A stretch of 24,000 nt of DNA from Luteitalea sp. (lineage in GTDB: Bacteria; Acidobacteriota; Vicinamibacteria; Vicinamibacterales; Vicinamibacteraceae). The DNA is taken from NCBI GenBank assembly GCA_009377495.1, contig WHTZ01000015.1, positions 40,160-64,159 of the forward strand, in the 5' to 3' direction. Below are positions 15,093 through 21,954 of the stretch, piece by piece. Each line of letters begins with the position of its first letter. Within the stretch, counting starts at the first letter, position 1. The notes beneath the pieces were generated by a model that saw only the letters and a program-made list of their open reading frames with translations, ran no database searches and had not been told where the DNA came from. The position numbers and the translations under genes were made by a program.

Positions 15093-16018
15093 ACAAATCG
15101 GTGGCGGTGGCCGCCACCACGGTCGCGTTGGCGGCGGCTTCGCCCGTGCCCTCGTCGACCAGGCAGCAGGAGCCGCCCCAGTTTCGGACGGGCGTCGAGC
15201 TCGTGTCGCTCACCGTGACGGTCACGAACAAGCAAGAAGAGTACGTCACCGACATCGATCAGGACGAGCTCCTCGTCTTCGAGGATGGCGTTAAACAAGA
15301 CGTGACCTTCTTCTCGCGCCGCAAGACGCCCATTGGCTTGGCGCTCCTCATCGATTCGAGCGCGAGCATGGAAGAGAAGATCTCGACGGCCCAGCAGGCC
15401 GCCTCAGGCTTCGTCGAGCGCCTCGGACCAGAGGATCTGGCCGAGGTCATCGACTTCGACAGCCGCGTGACGATCCTGCAGACATTTACGAGGGACCGGA
15501 CCGCGCTACAGCGTGCGATTCGCGAGACGACGCCGGAAGGCCCGACGTCGCTACATAACGCGGTGTACGTCGCGCTCAAGGAGCTGCGGAAGACCAGGGG
15601 GCCGAGCATCGAGCAGATTCGGCGGCAGGCCATCGTCGTGCTCTCGGACGGCGAGGATACCGCTAGCCTCGTCACGTTCGAGGAAGTGCTCGATCTCGCC
15701 AAGCGGTCGGACGTCGCGATCTATCCGATTGGGCTGCGGAGCCCCGAGACGGTCTCGCGACGTGGCTTCAACGAGGCAGACTTCACCCTGCGCCAGTTTG
15801 CGCAGGAAACGGGTGGGCGGGCGTTCTTCCCCGACGCGGTCGCGCGGCTACCCGACATCTACCAGCAGATCGCCAACGAGCTGGCAAACCAATACGTCAT
15901 CGGGTACGCGTCGAGTAACCCGCGGCGCGACGGACAGTGGCGCCGTGTCGTCGTGCAGGTGCTGCGGCCGGATGCTATGGCCCGCACCAAGCTCGGATAC
16001 TACGGACCGACTCGGTGA
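15089..16018 (+). CDS. Secreted VWFA-type protein (Acidobacterial VWFA-related family-like), intact MIDAS motif
   Basis: GTG at 15089 overlaps the upstream stop (GTGA). Signal-like N-terminus. FRTGVELVSLTVTVTNKQEEYVTDIDQDELLVFEDGVKQDVTFF, then LLIDSSASM (DxSxS), VLSDGEDT, and the C-terminal YVIGY...WRRVVVQV pattern. Confidence 0.85.
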   Translation: MNKSVAVAATTVALAAASPVPSSTRQQEPPQFRTGVELVSLTVTVTNKQEEYVTDIDQDELLVFEDGVKQDVTFFSRRKTPIGLALLIDSSASMEEKISTAQQAASGFVERLGPEDLAEVIDFDSRVTILQTFTRDRTALQRAIRETTPEGPTSLHNAVYVALKELRKTRGPSIEQIRRQAIVVLSDGEDTASLVTFEEVLDLAKRSDVAIYPIGLRSPETVSRRGFNEADFTLRQFAQETGGRAFFPDAVARLPDIYQQIANELANQYVIGYASSNPRRDGQWRRVVVQVLRPDAMARTKLGYYGPTR

Positions 16019-16021
16019 GCT

Positions 16022-16045
16022 GGTGCTGGGGTGCTGAGGTGCTCT
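16022..16045. repeat. Three tandem 8-nt units GGTGCTGN in the VWFA/hemX-like spacer
   Basis: ggtgctgg (16022-16029), ggtgctga (16030-16037), ggtgctct (16038-16045). Confidence 0.6.
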
Positions 16046-16071
16046 GAAACTGCGCGCTGTCGAGGAGCGTT

Positions 16072-16893
16072 GTGATCGCGCTTGCCCTTTACGCTGTCGC
16101 CACGGCCGCATATATCTGGCGCTTCGTCCGTCGCGACCAACCCGGCCGCCACGTGCCGACCTTGCTCCTCGTCGCGGCCGTCCTCGTCCACACGTTCGTG
16201 ATCGGCATGCAGAGTGTCCAGGTCGGAGCAGCGCCGTTCGCTGGGCGCAGCGGTGCCGTGTCCACCTTCGTGTGGATGCTCGCCCTGGTCTACCTCTACA
16301 CGGAGATCTCAACCGAAGAGCTCGCAATTGGTGTCTTCATCGCGCCGCTCCTGACCGCACTGCAGATCATTCCGGCGTTCACGGCGGCCGCCGAGGAGCA
16401 CCCCGCGTTGCTCGACAACCCCCTGTTCGCGGTGCACGTCGCGTCGGTGCTTCTGGCGTATGCGAGCTTCGCGCTCGCCTTTGTCGTCGCCCTCACCTAC
16501 GTCCTGTTGTTTCGCGAGCTGAAGCGCCGGACGCCCGGTGTGTTCTTCTCGCGACTGCCGTCGCTACAGGTGCTCGACGCGATGAACATGCGCGCGGTCA
16601 CCGTGGGCTGGGCGTGCCTGACACTTGGTCTGATAGTGGGAACCTGGTGGGTCACGCAGGCCCGCCTCTACGCGGCTGATGACCCCCACGTCCGGGCGAT
16701 GTCGCTGCTCGATCCCACGATCCTCGTCGCCTGCTTGTCCTGGATGGTATATACCTTGCTTCTGGTTGGACGGCGTACGCGCGGCTGGGGCGGCCGCCGG
16801 GCGGCGTGGCTGTCGGCGCTCGGCTTCGGCCTGGTGTTGCTGAACTTTCTCCTGGTGGGCTATTTCTTCTCACGCAGCCACGGTTTCGTGTGA
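16072..16893 (+). CDS. CcsA/HemX-like cytochrome c assembly family membrane protein
   Basis: 273-aa polytopic protein with a Trp-rich segment (LGLIVGTWWVTQA) and C-terminal helices resembling the Cytochrom_C_asm family. Its stop overlaps the hemA ATG by 1 nt (TGATG), the usual position for hemX/ccsA-like genes. Confidence 0.75.
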   Translation: MIALALYAVATAAYIWRFVRRDQPGRHVPTLLLVAAVLVHTFVIGMQSVQVGAAPFAGRSGAVSTFVWMLALVYLYTEISTEELAIGVFIAPLLTALQIIPAFTAAAEEHPALLDNPLFAVHVASVLLAYASFALAFVVALTYVLLFRELKRRTPGVFFSRLPSLQVLDAMNMRAVTVGWACLTLGLIVGTWWVTQARLYAADDPHVRAMSLLDPTILVACLSWMVYTLLLVGRRTRGWGGRRAAWLSALGFGLVLLNFLLVGYFFSRSHGFV

Positions 16894-18206
16894 TGCACCT
16901 CGTCCTGATCGGCCTGAGCCACCACACCGCACCGCTCGAGCTACGCGAGCGCCTGGCGTTCTCCCGTACACGGCTACGGGCCGCGCTCGCCACGCTCGTC
17001 TCGCGGACCGAGGCAGGCGATGCGGTCCTGTTGTCGACCTGCAATCGCTCGGAGGTCTACGCCACCTGCGCCGAACCGGACCGCGCCGCCACTGCTCTCG
17101 CCGAGGTGCTGTGCAACACGCAAGGCGTGCCGCTCATGACCGTCGGCCCGTACCTCTATACGCGAACTGACGCAGACGCCGCGCAACATCTCTTTCGCGT
17201 GGCAGCCGGGCTCGACTCGCTCGTCGTGGGCGAGCCCGAGATCCTCGGCCAAGTGAAAGAGGCGTACCGCGTCGCCAGCGAGGCCCAGGGCACGGGAGCC
17301 GTCCTCAATCGCTTGTTCCACGGCGCATTTGGCGTCGGCAAACGTGTGCGGTCCGAGACAGCCTTGGCCGAAGGCGCCGTGTCGGTGAGCTACGCAGCCA
17401 TCAGGCTGGCCAAGAAGATCTTCGGCGACCTCAGCCATCTGCGCGTGCTCGTCATCGGGTCGGGCGAGATGGCGCGGCTGGCCGCCCTGCACTTTCAGAG
17501 CCAGCAGGTTGCGCGGTTGTCGGTCACGACACGCAGCGAGGACCGCGCCGAGGCGCTCGCAGCCGAAGTGGGCGGCGTGGCCGTCCCCTGGTCGACGCGT
17601 GAAATCGCGCTCGCTGACAGCGACGTGGTGGTCTCTGCAACAGGCGGGGGCGAGCTGGTGCTTACGCGGAATGTCGTTGCCACCGCAACCGCCGCCCGGC
17701 GCGGGCACCCGCTCTTTCTGCTCGACATGGCAGTGCCACGCGACGTCGATGCCTCCTCTGGCGACCTCGCGCAGGTCTTTCTCTACAACCTTGACGATCT
17801 GCGAAGCATCGTTCAGGAGAATCTTGCGCGTCGAACGGGTGAGATCGAAGCGGCTGAAGCAATCGTGCAGGATGAAGTCGAGGCGTTCATGGCCTGGATG
17901 CGATCGCGCCACGTGGTGCCCACGGTCGTCGCGTTGCGCCAGCGCTTCGAGCAGATTCGCCGGTCGGAGCTCGACCGGCTTTCCTCACGATTGTCCGGCT
18001 TGCCGCCCGACGCACGAGCTCGTGTCAACGAGGTCACGCGCCTGATTGTCGAAAAGCTCCTGCTCACGCCGACCGCGCAGCTCAAGTCCATCGACGATCG
18101 TGAAACAATGCGCGCGTACTCGGCCGCGTTACGCCGTCTCTTCGATCTCGAGGACGAAGACATGAGCGAGGCCGATACCACGCGGCGGGCTCGGACGGAA
18201 ACGTAG
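16893..18206 (+). CDS. hemA: Glutamyl-tRNA reductase
   Basis: MHLVLIGLSHHTAPLELRERLAF, LSTCNRSEVY (catalytic Cys), AAGLDSLVVGEPEILGQVK, the NADPH-binding VLVIGSGEMA, and a C-terminal dimerisation helix. ATG at 16893. Confidence 0.92.
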   Translation: MHLVLIGLSHHTAPLELRERLAFSRTRLRAALATLVSRTEAGDAVLLSTCNRSEVYATCAEPDRAATALAEVLCNTQGVPLMTVGPYLYTRTDADAAQHLFRVAAGLDSLVVGEPEILGQVKEAYRVASEAQGTGAVLNRLFHGAFGVGKRVRSETALAEGAVSVSYAAIRLAKKIFGDLSHLRVLVIGSGEMARLAALHFQSQQVARLSVTTRSEDRAEALAAEVGGVAVPWSTREIALADSDVVVSATGGGELVLTRNVVATATAARRGHPLFLLDMAVPRDVDASSGDLAQVFLYNLDDLRSIVQENLARRTGEIEAAEAIVQDEVEAFMAWMRSRHVVPTVVALRQRFEQIRRSELDRLSSRLSGLPPDARARVNEVTRLIVEKLLLTPTAQLKSIDDRETMRAYSAALRRLFDLEDEDMSEADTTRRARTET

Positions 18207-18218
18207 GAGCGAGGGGCC

Positions 18219-18337
18219 AGGGGCGAGGTCTCAGGGCCGTCTCAGGGACCAGGGAAAGCCCCGAGACAGCCTCGTCCCTGACGCCTGCCCTATGGACTGA
18301 GACAGCCCTGGCACCTCGCACCTTGGACCTCGCCCCT
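18219..18337 (+). other. Nested inverted-repeat element filling the hemA-hemC spacer
   Basis: Outer perfect 11-bp pair: AGGGGCGAGGT (18219-18229) with ACCTCGCCCCT (18327-18337, abutting the hemC ATG). Inner pair: 18233-18245 with 18297-18309, 12 of 13 bp. The GTCTCAGGG direct repeat is at 18228-18236 and 18239-18247. Two inverted GAGACAGCC copies are at 18263-18271 and 18299-18307. Confidence 0.45.
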
Positions 18338-19306
18338 ATGCTTCGCATTGGCACACGCGGCAGTCAGCTCGCACGCTGGCAGGCGCGGGCGGTCGCGGCA
18401 CAGCTCGAAGCGACCGCGTCCGCGCGCTGCGAGCTCGTTACGATTCGCACCAGCGGTGATCGGTTGGCCGAAGCGACGCTTGGAGAGGTGGGGGGAAAGC
18501 GGTTGTTCGTCAAGGAGCTCGAGGACGCGCTGCTCGCGGGCACGATTGATCTCGCGGTGCACAGCGCCAAGGATATGTCGGCCACGCTGCCCGACGAGCT
18601 CGCCCTCGGCGCCGTGCTGCCGCGTGAGGACCCCCGAGATGCGCTGGTTTTACCGCAGGCGAGGGGAGCCACAGCACCTGACGCCCACCTACAAACACTG
18701 CTGGGCGCTCGGCCACGGATTGGCACAAGCAGTGTCCGCCGCGTGGCACAACTGCATCGCGCGTTTCCTGATGCCATGTTTGGCGCTATCCGCGGCAATG
18801 TCGACACCCGGCTGCGCAAGCTCGACGAGGGCCAGTTCGATGCGATTGTGCTGGCCGCAGCCGGATTGCGGCGGCTCGGCTTCGACGACCGGATCAGCGC
18901 GCTCATCTCACCTGACGTCTGCTTGCCAGCGCCAGGCCAAGGCATCATCGCTATCCAGACCCTCGCGAGCCGAAACGATCTGCGCGAGTGCCTCACACTC
19001 CTCAATGACGCCGACGCATGGGCCGCCCTCGAAGCCGAGCACGCATTGGTTGCGGCGCTTGGAGGCGGTTGTCAAATCCCGCTCGGTGCCCTCGCGCACT
19101 TTGTCGATCACGAGACGCTCGAGCTGTCAGCAGTGGTCACATCGCTCGATGAGGAGCACGAGGTTCGCGCGGTTGGATTTGGTCGGCGAGAGGAGGCCGC
19201 CAACCTAGGCGGCCGGGTCGCCGACCAACTGCTCGCTGGCGGCGCCGGGACGATTCTCGACGGCCTTCGTGATCTGCAAGCCCCGGTCAAAGACCTGCAA
19301 CCGTAG
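18338..19306 (+). CDS. hemC: Hydroxymethylbilane synthase (porphobilinogen deaminase)
   Basis: MLRIGTRGSQLARWQA, FVKELEDALLAGTIDLAVHSAKD, IGTSSVRR, RGNVDTRLRKL, PAPGQGIIAIQ, and GGCQIPLGA (cofactor-binding Cys). ATG at 18338; the tracked TTG at 18323 is less likely. Confidence 0.92.
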   Translation: MLRIGTRGSQLARWQARAVAAQLEATASARCELVTIRTSGDRLAEATLGEVGGKRLFVKELEDALLAGTIDLAVHSAKDMSATLPDELALGAVLPREDPRDALVLPQARGATAPDAHLQTLLGARPRIGTSSVRRVAQLHRAFPDAMFGAIRGNVDTRLRKLDEGQFDAIVLAAAGLRRLGFDDRISALISPDVCLPAPGQGIIAIQTLASRNDLRECLTLLNDADAWAALEAEHALVAALGGGCQIPLGALAHFVDHETLELSAVVTSLDEEHEVRAVGFGRREEAANLGGRVADQLLAGGAGTILDGLRDLQAPVKDLQP

Positions 19307-19333
19307 GTCGGAGCTCCGTGCCATCCAGTGACA

Positions 19334-19354
19334 CCTGTGACGGTTCTTCACAGG
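19334..19354. promoter_or_regulatory. Perfect 7-bp inverted repeat CCTGTGA-N7-TCACAGG (candidate enhancer-binding-protein site or hemC-distal hairpin)
   Basis: CCTGTGA at 19334-19340 and TCACAGG at 19348-19354. A third CACAGG half-site is at 19364-19369, followed by GTCGTTTTAT. The repeat is centred about 53 nt upstream of the sigma-54-like GG. Confidence 0.3.
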
Positions 19355-19395
19355 GCACGTCGACACAGGCGTCGTTTTATCAGTGTCTACACGGA

Positions 19396-19411
19396 TGGTC
19401 CTCGGATTGCT
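19396..19411 (+). promoter_or_regulatory. Candidate sigma-54 (-24/-12) promoter upstream of the chimeric ORF/NtrC pair
   Basis: TGGTCCTCGGATTGCT has GG at 19397-19398, exactly 10 nt, then GC at 19409-19410, with TTGC at 19407-10. This matches the TGGCAC-N5-TTGCW spacing and core. The predicted start site is about 19422, 2 nt before ATG 19424. Confidence 0.35.
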
Positions 19412-19423
19412 TATCACATTTCC

Positions 19424-20584
19424 ATGAAACACGCGCTGTGGCTTCTGTTGCTCTTGTCGATTCCGTTCGGAACTCTCCATGGACAGGATGACGTTTCCAA
19501 CATCAACGCACGCTACATGGTCGAGAGCGTCGACATGTCGGGCGTGGCCGAAGCTGAAGTCAGCCTGGAGCTCCGCAATGACATGCAGGCCATGGTCGGT
19601 CAACGGCTCGATCCGGATGCTGCCGACCGTCTAGAGGAGCGATTGTCCCGCGAGCTGCCAGACTACGAGGTGAACCGCCGGATCGAACGCGGCAGCGAGC
19701 GCGGACGGATCCGCATGGTCTTCGAAGCTCAAAAGAAGCCCTGGATCCCATTTCGCCCGTCGCGTTCGATGTTGGCCTACCACTCCAAGCAAGGCTGGAG
19801 CAGCGTCCTGGACATCGATTGGACCGCCCGCCGCAACCACCGGTTCAGCCTAGGCTTGGTGTTCTGGAACGAGCAAGATCTGATCGAGGACTACGCGGGC
19901 TTCTGGCTGCGTTACGAGAACCGTTTCGCCGGGACTGAACGGCTCGGCCTCAGCATCGAGCTCTCCAGCTTCAGGGAGAAATGGGAAGACGCGACCTTGC
20001 GGGCTCTCGAGTCCCGACCCGACGGACCTGAAGCCTACCGGGCCCGTCAGATGATCGAGCCCGCGGTCACGTTCGCCCTTAGTCCGCGGTTCCGGATTCG
20101 TGCTGGAGCAAGCATCGGTGAGTTGGAATCGCACTCACAGTCCCCGGGATCTCAGGCCCTAGGCCCGTCGACACGCTATACGCTCCAGTTCGACGAAAGC
20201 GGCCCGACGGCGTGGGCCGATCCCGATCTCGTGAAAGGCATTCTCACGAACCTGTTCGAGAATGCGGCCGAGGCCGCAGCCGCCGGTGGGACAGTGTTGG
20301 CCACGGCCGGGGTCGCGAACGGGTTCGTGAACATTGAAGTTCACGACTCGGGCCCTGGCCTGGGCGACGAAGTCTTGCGGACGTTCGAGCCGACGATCAC
20401 GTTCAAAAAGCACGGCATGGGGCTGGGATTGTCCATCGCCCGCAAGAACGCGCTGCTTTCCGGCGGCGACATCCAGCCGGTCGTGAGCGTGCTGGGCGGC
20501 GCCGCGTTCCGGGTCGTGCTCCCCCAGGCCGAGGCCAGATCGTCGGCGCCAGCGTCCTCCATATCCGGATCATCAAGGTCATGA
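19424..20584 (+). CDS. Chimeric ORF: Sec signal peptide + POTRA-like domain + short Omp85-like beta region fused to a histidine-kinase HATPase_c domain (no TM, no HisKA/DHp). Possible fusion scar or pseudogene
   Basis: ATG at 19424 gives MKHALWLLLLLSIPFGTLHG|QDD. The POTRA-like pattern is YMVESVDMSGV...MVGQRLDPDAADRLEERL...GRIRMVFEAQK. Amphipathic beta strands follow (FSLGLVFWN, FWLRYENRF, LGLSIELSSF). From about 20174 the kinase ATPase domain begins: ADPDLVKGILTNLFENAAEA (N box), VHDSGPGL (G1) and HGMGLGLSIA (G2). The stop overlaps the downstream ATG (ATGA). Confidence 0.6.
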   Translation: MKHALWLLLLLSIPFGTLHGQDDVSNINARYMVESVDMSGVAEAEVSLELRNDMQAMVGQRLDPDAADRLEERLSRELPDYEVNRRIERGSERGRIRMVFEAQKKPWIPFRPSRSMLAYHSKQGWSSVLDIDWTARRNHRFSLGLVFWNEQDLIEDYAGFWLRYENRFAGTERLGLSIELSSFREKWEDATLRALESRPDGPEAYRARQMIEPAVTFALSPRFRIRAGASIGELESHSQSPGSQALGPSTRYTLQFDESGPTAWADPDLVKGILTNLFENAAEAAAAGGTVLATAGVANGFVNIEVHDSGPGLGDEVLRTFEPTITFKKHGMGLGLSIARKNALLSGGDIQPVVSVLGGAAFRVVLPQAEARSSAPASSISGSSRS

Positions 20585-21927
20585 CAGCGGCACGGCGTAT
20601 TCTCATCGTCGACGACGAGGCCAACATCGGGCGCTCGCTCCGGCTCATCTTCGAAGGCGGAGACTATACGGTCGACGTGTGTCACAGCGCGGCCGAATTC
20701 CGGTCCTACATCGCCTCGCGCCGGGCGGACCTGTACTTCCTGGACGTGAGGCTCCCGGACGGTAACGGCATCGACCTGCTTCAATTGATCCGGCAGGCGG
20801 ACGACCCCTCTCCGGCGGTCATGATCTCCGGACACGGCACGATCGCGGATGCGGTCCAGGCTACCCGCGCTGGCGCGTTCGACTTCCTCGAAAAGCCCCT
20901 GGGACGGGACCGCGTCCTGCTTGTCGCCCGTAACGCCTTGGAGCATTCGAGCCTGGAACGCGAGAACAGGCAGTTCCGCGAGCTGGTCGGCGAAGGGCCG
21001 ACGATGATTGGGCGCAGCCCGACGTTCCAGCGCGCGCAACAGGAGGCGGCCCGCGTGGCCCGATCTGACGCACGCGTCCTCCTGATTGGCGAATCCGGCG
21101 TGGGCAAGGAGCTGCTTGCGGCCTACATCCACCGCGAGAGCCCATTCGCGTCCGGGCCCTTTGTGAAGGTGAACTGCGCCGCCATTCCCGCCGAGCTGAT
21201 CGAAAGCGAGCTATTTGGGCACGAGAAAGGTGCCTTCACCGGAGCCGCGGCTCGACGCCGGGGCAAGTTCGAGCTCGCCGACCGCGGAACACTCTTCCTA
21301 GACGAAGTCGGCGACCTTCACGAGGCGTCGCAGGCCAAGCTCCTGCGCGTTCTCGAGGACGGGGAGTTCCACCGCCTGGGCGGAGAGCACACGGTCCGCG
21401 TGTCGGTGCGCGTGATCGCGGCCACGAACCGCGACCTCGCACAGCGGATTGCGGAAGGGCGGTTTCGTGAGGATCTCTACTACAGATTGAGCGTCGTCCC
21501 CATCCGTGTGCCCGCCCTCCGGGAGCGGCCGGAAGATACTCACGACCTGGCGACATATTTCCTCGCGGAGTTCTGCCAGCGCAATAACTTCAAACCGAAG
21601 ACGATCGACGCCGAGGTGTTCCCGATTCTGGAGGCGTATACCTGGCCCGGCAACGCGCGTGAGCTGCGCAACGCCATCGAACGCATGGCCATCCTCACTC
21701 CTGACGCGACGATCACGCCGGATGCGATCCCAATCGACATCCGGACACCGCGGCCGGCGTCACCCTCGGAGCTTCAGGAAGCACGCGATGCCGCCGAACG
21801 CGCCCGGCTCATCCGCGCCCTGGAGGAAACCGGCTGGAACGTCTCCAGCGCCGCACGCCGGCTCGGGATTGAACGGACAAACCTGCACAAGCGGATCCGC
21901 GCCTTGGGGCTGGCGCGGGATAGATAG
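20581..21927 (+). CDS. Sigma-54-dependent NtrC/Fis-family response regulator (bacterial enhancer-binding protein)
   Basis: Receiver: [32 protein letters not shown]+: [23 protein letters not shown] (GAFTGA loop), [26 protein letters not shown]-terminal Fis-type HTH: [20 protein letters not shown]. Confidence 0.92.
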   Translation: MTAARRILIVDDEANIGRSLRLIFEGGDYTVDVCHSAAEFRSYIASRRADLYFLDVRLPDGNGIDLLQLIRQADDPSPAVMISGHGTIADAVQATRAGAFDFLEKPLGRDRVLLVARNALEHSSLERENRQFRELVGEGPTMIGRSPTFQRAQQEAARVARSDARVLLIGESGVGKELLAAYIHRESPFASGPFVKVNCAAIPAELIESELFGHEKGAFTGAAARRRGKFELADRGTLFLDEVGDLHEASQAKLLRVLEDGEFHRLGGEHTVRVSVRVIAATNRDLAQRIAEGRFREDLYYRLSVVPIRVPALRERPEDTHDLATYFLAEFCQRNNFKPKTIDAEVFPILEAYTWPGNARELRNAIERMAILTPDATITPDAIPIDIRTPRPASPSELQEARDAAERARLIRALEETGWNVSSAARRLGIERTNLHKRIRALGLARDR

Positions 21928-21954
21928 TGGTTCCTTTTGCATTAAGATCGCGGC

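Noticed and set aside
20143-20172. Cluster of 6-bp palindromes CCCGGG, CCTAGG and GTCGAC within 30 bp at the domain junction of the chimeric ORF, reminiscent of a cloning polylinker
   Set aside because: Such GC-rich hexamers are frequent in this composition; CCTAGG alone occurs several times in the window. The flanks show no vector-like sequence and the reading frame and codon bias are continuous. It is noted only as a place to check read support.
21928-21954. Sigma-54-like sequence TGGTTCCTTTTGCAT directly upstream of cobA/hemD
   Set aside because: The GG (21929-21930) and GC (21939-21940) are separated by 8 nt, not the essentially invariant 10 nt, so it does not fit a functional -24/-12 promoter despite the TGG...TTGCA look.
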